From Candidatus Saccharimonadota bacterium (GTDB taxonomy: Bacteria; Patescibacteriota; Saccharimonadia; Saccharimonadales; UBA4665), in contig DAIDKK010000001.1 in NCBI GenBank assembly GCA_027450065.1, positions 13,438 through 77,437 on the forward strand: DNA of 64,000 bases, given 5' to 3'. A program made the position numbers and the translations under genes. Every line of letters begins with the position of its first letter. Within the stretch, counting starts at the first letter, position 1. Below are positions 26,492 to 34,423 of this stretch, in pieces. Under the pieces are notes generated by a model. The model had not been told where the DNA came from. It saw only the letters and a list, made by a program, of their open reading frames with translations, and made no database searches.

Positions 26492-27115
26492 ATGGATATA
26501 CAGTTCTATGGTGCGAATTGCATCGTTATCTCTACCAAACAAGCGCGATTTGTATTTGATGACACACTGGAGAGTCTAGGCGCAAAATCTATCGTACGCG
26601 ACGGTGACATTTGTTTGTTTACGTCAGCGCATCCAACCCCTATTACGCAAGCGAAAATGTGCATTGACGTGCCAGGTGAGTACGAGATTAGCGGTGTTAA
26701 CATACGTGGCCTGCAGTCTCGTGGGCATACAGATGGTGAGACCGAGCGAACAGCAGTTATGTATAAGGTGTCTGTCGGTGACGTGAAAGTCCTCATAACG
26801 GGGCATGTATATCCCAAATTTAGTGATGCAAAACTTGAAGACATCGGCTTGGTTGACATTATGTTTATCCCTGTAGGCGGTCATGGTTATACACTTGATC
26901 CTGAAGGGGCCCTGCAAGTTATAAAGCAGGTAGAACCAAAGGTTGTGGTACCGACCCATTACGCCGATCCAGCGCTAACCTATGAAGTCCCGCAGGCCAC
27001 ACTCGATGAAGCACTGAAAGTAATTGGGATGGAGCCAAGCGAAACGACGAAAAAACTGCAGTACAAGCCTGCCGAGATAACGACCTCGACACAGCTCATC
27101 GTACTTGAGAAATAG
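26492..27115 (+). CDS. MBL-fold metallo-hydrolase-like protein
   Basis: MDIQFYGANCIVIS... with the beta-lactamase-fold pattern (ITGH, PVGGH). The metal ligands are only partly recognisable. Confidence 0.55.
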   Translation: MDIQFYGANCIVISTKQARFVFDDTLESLGAKSIVRDGDICLFTSAHPTPITQAKMCIDVPGEYEISGVNIRGLQSRGHTDGETERTAVMYKVSVGDVKVLITGHVYPKFSDAKLEDIGLVDIMFIPVGGHGYTLDPEGALQVIKQVEPKVVVPTHYADPALTYEVPQATLDEALKVIGMEPSETTKKLQYKPAEITTSTQLIVLEK

Positions 27116-27214
27116 TAGTATCAACGTTTATCTATAGCTACTCTGTGAAGGGTCAATGCTATTAAAAGAACCGCATCCTTACCGGCTGCGGTTCTTTATA
27201 CGAGAAGGCTTGCG

Positions 27215-27406
27215 CTAGGCGAGGAGCCCCTTTTTCTTTAGGGTGCGAATCGCCTGTGTGCTTATCTTAAGCTTCACTTTTTTGCCGTCTACTTCGACCG
27301 TCTTATTTTGAAGATTTGGCTTCCAAACCTTTTTGGTGTGGCGCTGAGAAAAGCTGACATTACTGCCGTATTGCTTGCCCTTGCCGGTAAGTTCGCATTT
27401 CTGCAT
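27215..27406 (-). CDS. rpmB: 50S ribosomal protein L28
   Basis: MQKCELTGKGKQYGSNVSFSQRHTKKVWKPNLQ. Confidence 0.9.
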   Translation of the reverse strand: MQKCELTGKGKQYGSNVSFSQRHTKKVWKPNLQNKTVEVDGKKVKLKISTQAIRTLKKKGLLA

Positions 27407-27489
27407 TATATTTCTCCTAATTCAAGGAGTTATTGTATAGTTTTTGTCCTCGTAAGTCAACGCCTAGCTTGGTATACTAGAATGTAGAC

Positions 27490-28098
27490 ATGGAATTAAG
27501 TGGATTTTTACTATTATTGGTAGCTATTGTATGTATTCTGATTGCCATGGTGGTACACGAATTCATGCATGCGTATGTTGGTTATCGGCTCGGTGATACA
27601 ACAGCCCGCGACGAGGGAAGGTTGTCTCTCAATCCTATGCGGCATATTGATCCGTTTACGACGGTGCTACTACCAGCGCTCGCGTGGGTATTCTTTGGGT
27701 TTATTGTCTTGGCTGCCAAGCCAGTTCCATTCAATCCACTCAGAGTGAAGTATAGGGAATTCGGCGGCGCACTTATTGCTGCCGCAGGTCCTTTTGCAAA
27801 TCTGGCTTTAGCAATTGTGGCTGCGCTGCTTTACCATGTAGTGGCTGGTGGGCTCCCCGGGCAGGTACTTGCGATATTTATCAAGCTCAATGTAGCGTTG
27901 TTTGTGTTTAATCTTATACCTATCCCACCTCTCGACGGATCGCGTATTTTGTATGCCTTTGCACCAGAACCTGTGCAAAATTTTATGGAAAGAATTGAAC
28001 CATACGGTTTCTTTATTATCCTGGGGCTGATCTTACTAGGAGGTTTTGGAAGTGCTATCGTGGGGCTCAACCAGTTTGTGCTCAACCTACTCCCATAA
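27490..28098 (+). CDS. Site-2 protease family (M50-like) membrane metalloprotease
   Basis: HEFMHAYVGYRLGD within a TM helix, polytopic, with a conserved LIPIPPLDGSRIL motif. Confidence 0.75.
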   Translation: MELSGFLLLLVAIVCILIAMVVHEFMHAYVGYRLGDTTARDEGRLSLNPMRHIDPFTTVLLPALAWVFFGFIVLAAKPVPFNPLRVKYREFGGALIAAAGPFANLALAIVAALLYHVVAGGLPGQVLAIFIKLNVALFVFNLIPIPPLDGSRILYAFAPEPVQNFMERIEPYGFFIILGLILLGGFGSAIVGLNQFVLNLLP

Positions 28099-28324
28099 GG
28101 TATACTGTATGGGCTGGGTATGTTCGCTTCTCGGAGCGGATGCCAACATATGATTATCTGAATACTAATCATACGGGAGCTTTATATGCTAGTAACCGTG
28201 GTTACTAGTTGCGAGCACCCACCTGGAATTTTTCAGGTTTAATCAGTTGGCGCCCAGCAAAAAAGCCCTGCCGATATGGCGGGGCTTTTTATGTAGATTA
28301 TGTAGAGCCAAGGAGCGGCTGTTC

Positions 28325-28879
28325 TTAATTGTGAATTTTTCTATAGTGCTTATATCCAAGCAAACTCAGAACTGCCATAGCGATAGCTGCCACAAAAGAA
28401 GCAAGCGCTACCCATTTTGCAATGATGCCAAATGTCCAGAAGCCATAACCATCACCAAGTAACATTCCTCGAAGCGTCTCTCCCTGGAACAGGGTTGCCT
28501 TTTGCGCTTGTAATGTTGCATTCGTGGGGTTGGCCTTTGCCTCGGTGCTAATTTCTGCGTAGGTTTTGCCGCCGGCAATGGCTTCCAGGTGACGACCGAT
28601 AAATCCATCGGCATATGCCTTTGCCATCTCGCCGTCTGCAACTTGCTTACCACCATATTTTTGCAGATCAGGGAATTCGCTTGCTGGTAGGCCTGCGCTT
28701 CCTGCAGCGGGGAAGAATATTTTCTGCGAGCTTAGCTGATCGTGAACCATATTCGTTGCAAACCTAAATCCATACCAAGCCAATGATCCGACTACTATCA
28801 GCAACACAGTCGCCGCTGTGCCGAGTAGTACGAAGACTTTGTCGATAGTCTTTCTATCTGATGATTTTTTCTTGGGCAT
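28325..28879 (-). CDS. Hypothetical membrane protein (N- and C-terminal TM helices)
   Basis: 184-aa ORF with coding-like composition. No motif recognised. Confidence 0.5.
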   Translation of the reverse strand: MPKKKSSDRKTIDKVFVLLGTAATVLLIVVGSLAWYGFRFATNMVHDQLSSQKIFFPAAGSAGLPASEFPDLQKYGGKQVADGEMAKAYADGFIGRHLEAIAGGKTYAEISTEAKANPTNATLQAQKATLFQGETLRGMLLGDGYGFWTFGIIAKWVALASFVAAIAMAVLSLLGYKHYRKIHN

Positions 28880-29003
28880 ATATCTACCTTCTGTTAAGAT
28901 TTTTACATTGTATTCATAGCATAATGCTTATGTATAAAAATAGCTACAACTTCTAGGAGGATGCTCGCGTGCTGTATTTGGAAAGGGGTAGAGGCACATC
29001 TTT

Positions 29004-29049
29004 GACCATACGAAAAGGGCCACATAAGCGTGGCCCTTTTCGTATGGTC
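29004..29049 (-). terminator. Perfect 19-bp hairpin terminator that includes the last 5 nt (ACCA end) of tRNA-Pro
   Basis: gaccatacgaaaagggcca / tggcccttttcgtatggtc. It is palindromic, so it can act in both directions. Confidence 0.7.
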
Positions 29050-29120
29050 GGGGTGACAGGACTTGAACCTGCGACCTCACGGCCCCCAGCCGTACGCGCT
29101 ACCAACTGCGCTACACCCCG
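29045..29120 (-). tRNA. tRNA-Pro (GGG)
   Basis: Reverse complement: acceptor cggggtg/caccccg, anticodon loop ctGGGgg, T-loop ttcaagt, encoded CCA. Confidence 0.85.
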
Positions 29121-29268
29121 TCGTCGAAGCCTGCGCACAAGCCTCATCGTGCCATTTGGCAAAAGCTTCGGCCTAGTACGGTGCTTCTCCTCTCAAAACT
29201 TCATTCGGTCGCTTCGCTCCCTGGATTAAAGTTTTGGATTGCTTCATGCAATGTGTTCGATTATAGCA
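29121..29268 (-). promoter_or_regulatory. Extended -10 promoter (TGCTATAAT, 29260-29268) plus the conserved leader upstream of tRNA-Pro
   Basis: The reverse complement of 29121-29228 aligns with 18446-18555. Confidence 0.65.
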
Positions 29269-29308
29269 TTTTAGAGATTCGATGAGTATGGCATGCTAAG
29301 ATAAGCGT

Positions 29309-30013
29309 ATGTGGAATGAAACAAAACATGGCCTATATAAACAATTTGTTTTCGAAGACTTTCAGCATGCGTGGGATTTCATGACTCGCACCGCCGAGGT
29401 CATTAGCCAGCTTGATCACCATCCACGCTGGCAAAATGAATGGAACGTTGTTGAGTTTTGGTTGACAACTCATGGCGCCAGGCGTGAAATTACGGACAGG
29501 GACTGGGAACTCGCACGAGCCATCGATGCGCTTTCAGAAGATCCTGCTCCGTCAACTTTAGTAGATAAAAACACAACAAAAATAACAGAGGTGCAGTTGT
29601 ATGCAGACGGTGGCTCTCGTGGCAATCCAGGACCTTCTGCAAGTGGATTTGTTATTCTCGATATGACGGGAAACATTGTGCACGAGCAGGGTGTATATCT
29701 AGGAATTACAACGAATAATCAGGCAGAATACCAAGCTTTAAAAATTGGTCTTGAGACTGTACTAGAAAAATTTCAGTCGCGTGAGGTACACGTGTACATG
29801 GATAGTCTGCTGGTGATAAACCAAATGAAACGGATATTCAAAGTTAAGAATCGCGATCTGTGGCCCGTTCATGATGCTATCGTGAAACTTGTTCCAAGAT
29901 TTCAAAAAGTTAGCTTTGATCACGTGCCACGTGAATTAAATAAGCTAGCAGACACAGAAGTAAATAAGGCACTGGACAGCGAGCTCAAGATAAATACTCA
30001 GCGCATTGCGTAG
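29309..30013 (+). CDS. Fusion protein: pterin-4a-carbinolamine dehydratase (PCD/DCoH)-like domain plus RNase HI domain
   Basis: The N-terminus (FVFEDFQHAWDFMTRTAEVISQLDHHPRWQNEWNVVEFWLTTH) is PCD-like. The C-terminus (LYADGGSRGNPGPSASGFVI...TNNQAEYQAL...YMDSLLVINQM) is RNase H type 1. Confidence 0.8.
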   Translation: MWNETKHGLYKQFVFEDFQHAWDFMTRTAEVISQLDHHPRWQNEWNVVEFWLTTHGARREITDRDWELARAIDALSEDPAPSTLVDKNTTKITEVQLYADGGSRGNPGPSASGFVILDMTGNIVHEQGVYLGITTNNQAEYQALKIGLETVLEKFQSREVHVYMDSLLVINQMKRIFKVKNRDLWPVHDAIVKLVPRFQKVSFDHVPRELNKLADTEVNKALDSELKINTQRIA

Positions 30014-30080
30014 ATTATGGGCAACGGTTGTAATATTCTTTTTTCTATAGTGTTTTAGGGTGATGGTATACTGAAAGGGT

Positions 30081-30416
30081 CAGATAGTTAACTGATCGCT
30101 GGCTTCCTAACGGAAGCGAGAGGAAAGTCCGGACAGCACAGGGAAGGACAGTCGCTAACGGCGACCGGGGGTAACCCTAGGGAAAGTGCCACAGAAACGA
30201 AACAGCTACAGTTTACTGGAGCAAGGATGAAACGAGTGGGGTAAGAGCCCACAGTCATATATGGTGACATATATGAGAGGTAAACCCTGTCCGCTGCAAG
30301 GAGTAGGCTATCAGAGTACCCGCTACGCCTGCGTTAATAATCCGCTTGAGCCCACTGGCAACAGTCGGCCTAGATAGATGATCAGTCACGACAAAACCCG
30401 GCTTACCGATTATCTG
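30081..30416 (+). ncRNA. rnpB: RNase P RNA (bacterial type A, compact)
   Basis: GAGGAAAGTCCGG and ACAAAACCCGGCTTA conserved blocks. P1 is cagatagt/attatctg and P2 is actgatc/gatcagt, both paired by hand. Confidence 0.9.
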
Positions 30417-30425
30417 GCAGATATG

Positions 30426-30455
30426 AAAACACCCCGCTATAAACGGGGTGTTTTT
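30426..30455. terminator. Bidirectional hairpin terminator shared by rnpB (+) and rplT (-)
   Basis: aaaacaccccg-ctataaa-cggggtgtttt with A and T runs on both sides. Confidence 0.75.
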
Positions 30456-30472
30456 CTTTGCAGGTTTGGTGT

Positions 30473-30817
30473 TTATTTGGTCGAAGCTTTGACGATTGCT
30501 TCAAAAGCCTTTGGTTCATTTACAGCTAGCTCGGCAAGAACTTTACGGTCGAGCTCAATGTTGGCGGTCTTCAAGCTGGCAATCAGCTGGCTGTAGGTCG
30601 TTCCATTCAAGCGTGCGGCTGCGTTTATACGGGTATTCCAGAGTGCACGAAAGGTGCGCTTGTGGTTGCGTCTATCACGATAGGCAAACTGTAGGCTGCG
30701 TGTAACGGCTTGCTTGCCACGCTTGATACTAACCCGGTTTGGGTGGGACATGCCCTTTGTCGCTTGCCGAATTTTCTGGTGCTTCGCGTGACCAGCAACG
30801 CCTCGTTTGACTCGCAT
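30473..30817 (-). CDS. rplT: 50S ribosomal protein L20
   Basis: MRVKRGVAGHAKHQKIRQATKG... Confidence 0.9.
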   Translation of the reverse strand: MRVKRGVAGHAKHQKIRQATKGMSHPNRVSIKRGKQAVTRSLQFAYRDRRNHKRTFRALWNTRINAAARLNGTTYSQLIASLKTANIELDRKVLAELAVNEPKAFEAIVKASTK

Positions 30818-30819
30818 TG

Positions 30820-31014
30820 TTAGACTCCTAACTTCTTACGGATTATCTTGGTGTTGGTTGCGGATAATGTTTCCAGGCCTGCAAGCTTGCGCTTACGAGC
30901 ACCGGTCTTCTTCTGCAAGAAGTGACTGGCGTGGCTATGACGGGTGCGTACTTTACCATTTTTAGTAACGCGTACACGATCCTTGGTGCCGCTATGACTC
31001 TTTAACTTTGGCAT
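30820..31014 (-). CDS. rpmI: 50S ribosomal protein L35
   Basis: MPKLKSHSGTKDRVRVTKNGKV... Confidence 0.9.
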   Translation of the reverse strand: MPKLKSHSGTKDRVRVTKNGKVRTRHSHASHFLQKKTGARKRKLAGLETLSATNTKIIRKKLGV

Positions 31015-31525
31015 GTTGGGTGCTCCTTATGACGAATGTTAACTGCTTGCCGTTTAATTGTGGCGTTTGATCAACTGCGATAGTATCACCGAATTGGTTA
31101 ATAACGCGCTCTGCAAGCTTAAATCCAATATCTTTGTGTGCTAGTTCGCGTCCACGGAAGAAAAGGGTTATTTTTACCTTGTGACCTATTTCTAAGAAGC
31201 CACTAACTTTCTTCATTTTCACCGCAAGATCATGATCGCCAATCTTGAGCCCGAAGCGCATCTGCTTCATATCAAGGACTTTCGTATTCTTACGATTACG
31301 CTGTTGTTGCTTCGTTTTTTGGTAATTGTATTTGCCCCAGTCAGTTATCTTGCATACCGGTGGGTCGGTATTTGGTGATATCTCGACAAGGTCAAGCTCT
31401 TGTTCGGCGGCGAGTTGCAACGCTTCTCCGCGGCTCAATATTCCGAGCTGTTTACCATCTTGGTCAATAACCCGAAGCTGTGGTGCCCGAATCTGTGTGT
31501 TCAGGCGCGTACTAGTGCTGATTAT
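30992..31525 (-). CDS. infC: Translation initiation factor IF-3 with a non-AUG start (ATA at 31525 or ATC at 31522)
   Basis: The ORF-track Met (a TTG codon) would cut off the conserved N-domain (LNTQIRAPQLRVIDQDGKQLGIL). An in-frame TAA lies 4 codons upstream of the ATA, and AAGGAG lies 4-7 nt upstream. Confidence 0.85.
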   Translation of the reverse strand: MISTSTRLNTQIRAPQLRVIDQDGKQLGILSRGEALQLAAEQELDLVEISPNTDPPVCKITDWGKYNYQKTKQQQRNRKNTKVLDMKQMRFGLKIGDHDLAVKMKKVSGFLEIGHKVKITLFFRGRELAHKDIGFKLAERVINQFGDTIAVDQTPQLNGKQLTFVIRSTQHAKVKES

Positions 31526-31600
31526 GGATCTCCTTTATATTTTTCGTCTCTAGATTGTAACAGACAAGGGAACAGAGGTCAACGTTGAATCTGTATAGAC

Positions 31601-33136
31601 TTACTGTTCATCGTATTGGTGGGGCCGATACTGGAGCGCTTCAGCGATATGTTTTACGGTGATAAGGTCCGAATTATCCAGATCGGCAATGGTACGAGCC
31701 ACTTTTACGCTCCGCATGTAGGCTCGCGGGCTAAGACCAAATTTTTCTGCTGCAGTATCAAGCATATCTTTTGCCTGTGGTTCAAGTTTTGCGTGTGATT
31801 TTACTTCACGGTTGTTCATATCAGCGTTTAATTTCGTTGCGCTGTTAAAACGTTGTGCCTGTCGATCTCGAGCCTGTGCCACCTTTACTCGGACTGTTTT
31901 AGTTGTCTGGCCCGATGAAGGAGTATCTGATAGTAACCGCCGGTTATCGATTTCATGCACGTTTACGTACAAATCAATTCGGTCGAGAATCGGGCCAGAC
32001 AGCTTTCTTCGATACTGTATTACCTGGTGGGGGAGACAGCGACAGGGCTTCGTTGTTCCATAGTTACCGCAAGGGCAAGGATTTGCGGTTGCAACAAAAA
32101 TAAAATGAGCTGGATATTCGGCAGTTTCTTTCGCGCGTGCAATCGTTACCTTCCTATCTTCCAGTGGTTGCCGGAGCGCTTCGATAGTCACTCGAGCAAA
32201 TTCAGGTAATTCATCAAACAGTAGCACGCCTCTATGACTTAAGCTCAATTCGCCAGGCCGTACACTATTACCACCACCGACGATTGCAACATTACTGGCG
32301 CTGTGATGGGGTGAGCGAAACGGACGGCAAGTTATAAGTTGATTGAAGTCATTACTGGCGAGGCTATGGAGGTGGGTGACCTGAAGCATTTCCTCACGGC
32401 TCATCGGAGGAAGTAAACCAGGCAGCACTTGGGCAAGCATGCTTTTGCCAGTTCCGGGCGGGCCGCCCAGTAATACGTTATGACCACCGGCAGCGCTAAT
32501 CTCGATAGCTCGCTTACCGAGCTCTTGCCCTATAACATCTTCCAGCAGGGGTTGATTGTTGTCTGCGTCTGGGGTTGCATCTAGGGAATTCACGATTCGA
32601 GCAGTATCAATAATAGGGGGCTTCTTTTGCTCATTGAGATAGCTATATAGCTCCGTAAGACTAGCGACGGGTATAATTTGTATGTTGGGCACTAGCTTGG
32701 CTTGCTCAAGGTTGCCCTGGGGAATGATAAAGGTATCGATACCGTAATGTTTACCGGCGAGTAGCTTACCGATAATGCCCCGAACTGGCCGTACACCACC
32801 TTCGAGGCCAAGCTCACCAATTATGGCACAGTTCTTGGGCACGTGAAGCAATTGTCCGGATGCTTGCAGGACGGCGGCCGCAATAGCTACGTCAAAGCCA
32901 GTACTTTCTTTAGGAATATCTGCAGGCGCTAAATTGATTGTGATGCGTTTAACGGGAAGTGTAAGGTTAGAGCTGGCAAACGCATTCCGAATTCTTTCTT
33001 TCGCTTCGTCAACGGCTTTATTGGCGTACCCGACGATAAGAATATTGGGCAAACCTTTAGTGAGCTGACACTCAATATCCACAACCAAACCATTTTGGCC
33101 AGTTTCCACCACCCCACGTATGTGCTGGGCTCTCAT
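31601..33136 (-). CDS. comM: YifB/ComM family Mg-chelatase-like AAA+ ATPase
   Basis: N-terminal Lon-protease-like domain, Walker A GPPGTGKS and the Cys cluster CPCG...C.C. The start was taken at M17 of the ORF. Confidence 0.85.
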   Translation of the reverse strand: MRAQHIRGVVETGQNGLVVDIECQLTKGLPNILIVGYANKAVDEAKERIRNAFASSNLTLPVKRITINLAPADIPKESTGFDVAIAAAVLQASGQLLHVPKNCAIIGELGLEGGVRPVRGIIGKLLAGKHYGIDTFIIPQGNLEQAKLVPNIQIIPVASLTELYSYLNEQKKPPIIDTARIVNSLDATPDADNNQPLLEDVIGQELGKRAIEISAAGGHNVLLGGPPGTGKSMLAQVLPGLLPPMSREEMLQVTHLHSLASNDFNQLITCRPFRSPHHSASNVAIVGGGNSVRPGELSLSHRGVLLFDELPEFARVTIEALRQPLEDRKVTIARAKETAEYPAHFIFVATANPCPCGNYGTTKPCRCLPHQVIQYRRKLSGPILDRIDLYVNVHEIDNRRLLSDTPSSGQTTKTVRVKVAQARDRQAQRFNSATKLNADMNNREVKSHAKLEPQAKDMLDTAAEKFGLSPRAYMRSVKVARTIADLDNSDLITVKHIAEALQYRPHQYDEQ

Positions 33137-33459
33137 ATACTTGTAGGCCCGATTATACAACCGAATTAATAGAAAGCAACCCATCGTGTAGGTCGATGGG
33201 TTGCTTGGCCGATAATAGATTTTTCAGGTGTTGGTTTTTCGTGAAACAACGGCCTGCGAGAAGCCGTTGTTTGTATTTGTTTCGTCTTTTTATTTTTGAG
33301 CACTTTTTTTACTCAAGTGCTACGAATATAATATGCGTAACAAACATGCTTGTCAATAATAAAAACATAACCGAAATGTGTATTTTTGCTGACATATTTA
33401 TACCGCATATACACGGTCTTTTGTACAAGCAGTTAGCATCCATGAAAAGCAAAAGCATA

Positions 33460-33488
33460 TTGACAAATGGGCTGCTATGTAGTAGCAT
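33460..33488 (+). promoter_or_regulatory. Sigma70-type promoter TTGACA-17-TAGCAT
   Basis: The -35 is at 33460-33465 and the -10 at 33483-33488. It drives the ~195-nt structured leader ahead of ORF 33691. Confidence 0.5.
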
Positions 33489-33690
33489 TGAACTTGGTAA
33501 GCCAAAACAAAAACTTACAATTTACGTTTAGCGCTCGACTCACCTTACCGGTGATGAGAGCGGTCAGTCAAGTCGAAGGCGATAAGCGCTATATAGTTAT
33601 TTTAACGAGCGGATTTATCGCCTTTCGACACCAAGTATAGTATCGAGCGCCGTAGGCAATCAGCCTGCGGCGTGTTTTAATGAAGGATAG

Positions 33691-34053
33691 ATGAATATGC
33701 GAAAACAAGCAGCCAGAACAGCCTTAATATGGGGGATTCTCATCATATTCATGCTGTTCACTCGTCCAGTAAACATGCCGGTGTATATCTTATTTATCCC
33801 ATTTATAATGTTGGCGTTTGGTGTTTTTAGCTTGTGGCAACTTATCATCATGATTTACACACATGCAGGAGGCAAAAAAGATGGGGAATTGTCGAGAAAG
33901 CAGCGCGCTGCAGGCATTTCCGTGAGCCTGCTATCGGTTGTAATTATTGGTCTGCAGTCTATAGGAGAAATGACTCCAAAAGATGTCATCACCGTTTCCT
34001 TGCTCGCACTTGGAGCGTATTTTTACTTCGTACGAAATCTGATTCGGGACTAA
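33691..34053 (+). CDS. Small polytopic membrane protein
   Basis: 120 aa with 4 hydrophobic helices and a GAAGGA RBS. First gene upstream of the T4CP-like ATPase. Confidence 0.55.
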   Translation: MNMRKQAARTALIWGILIIFMLFTRPVNMPVYILFIPFIMLAFGVFSLWQLIIMIYTHAGGKKDGELSRKQRAAGISVSLLSVVIIGLQSIGEMTPKDVITVSLLALGAYFYFVRNLIRD

Positions 34054-34109
34054 CCAAAATACCCAGCAGGTCTACTCATGGGAGCCGTAACGGTATATAC
34101 TTAATAGAG

Positions 34110-34388
34110 ATGGATAATTTACCTATACCAATCCAGCCGGAAGCGCAAAATATGCCCGCATATGTTGCTCAAGGTGTCCAGCCAGCAGGACAAAGCCCGA
34201 CCATGCTAACCTCTACTGACCCAAAAATATTATTGGATCAAGCGACAGCGCAGGTTGAACAGATTGTTGCGGCTACGCCTTTGAGCCCTTCCAATCGAGC
34301 CATGCAGATTCAGACGGTCAAAGCAGCTTATGTAAAGGCCCGCTATAATATTGAAATTCCAGCTCAACCAGCTCAATACTATGAATAG
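34110..34388 (+). CDS. Small hypothetical protein (92 aa)
   Basis: This is the C-terminal part of ORF 33834-34388. The N-terminal 92 codons overlap the previous gene out of frame and are Arg/Cys/His-rich, so M93 was taken as the start. Confidence 0.4.
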   Translation: MDNLPIPIQPEAQNMPAYVAQGVQPAGQSPTMLTSTDPKILLDQATAQVEQIVAATPLSPSNRAMQIQTVKAAYVKARYNIEIPAQPAQYYE

Positions 34389-34423
34389 TAATTCAAAGAA
34401 ATAACTGCGGAATATAGTAAACG

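Noticed and set aside
28953-29229. ORFs 28969-29229(+) and 28953-29162(-).
   Set aside because: They overlap tRNA-Pro, its terminator and the conserved leader.
30088-30270. 60-aa ORF on the minus strand.
   Set aside because: It lies inside the RNase P RNA gene.
33196-33531. 111-aa ORF on the + strand upstream of the structured leader.
   Set aside because: It sits in an AT-rich intergenic region and has a Phe/Cys/Ile-rich low-complexity translation. It contains a terminator-like hairpin and the TTGACA-17-TAGCAT promoter within it.
33834-34109. N-terminal 92 codons of ORF 33834-34388.
   Set aside because: They overlap the membrane-protein gene 33691-34053 in another frame, and the translation is Arg/Cys/His-rich. 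Only the part from M93 (34110) was kept.
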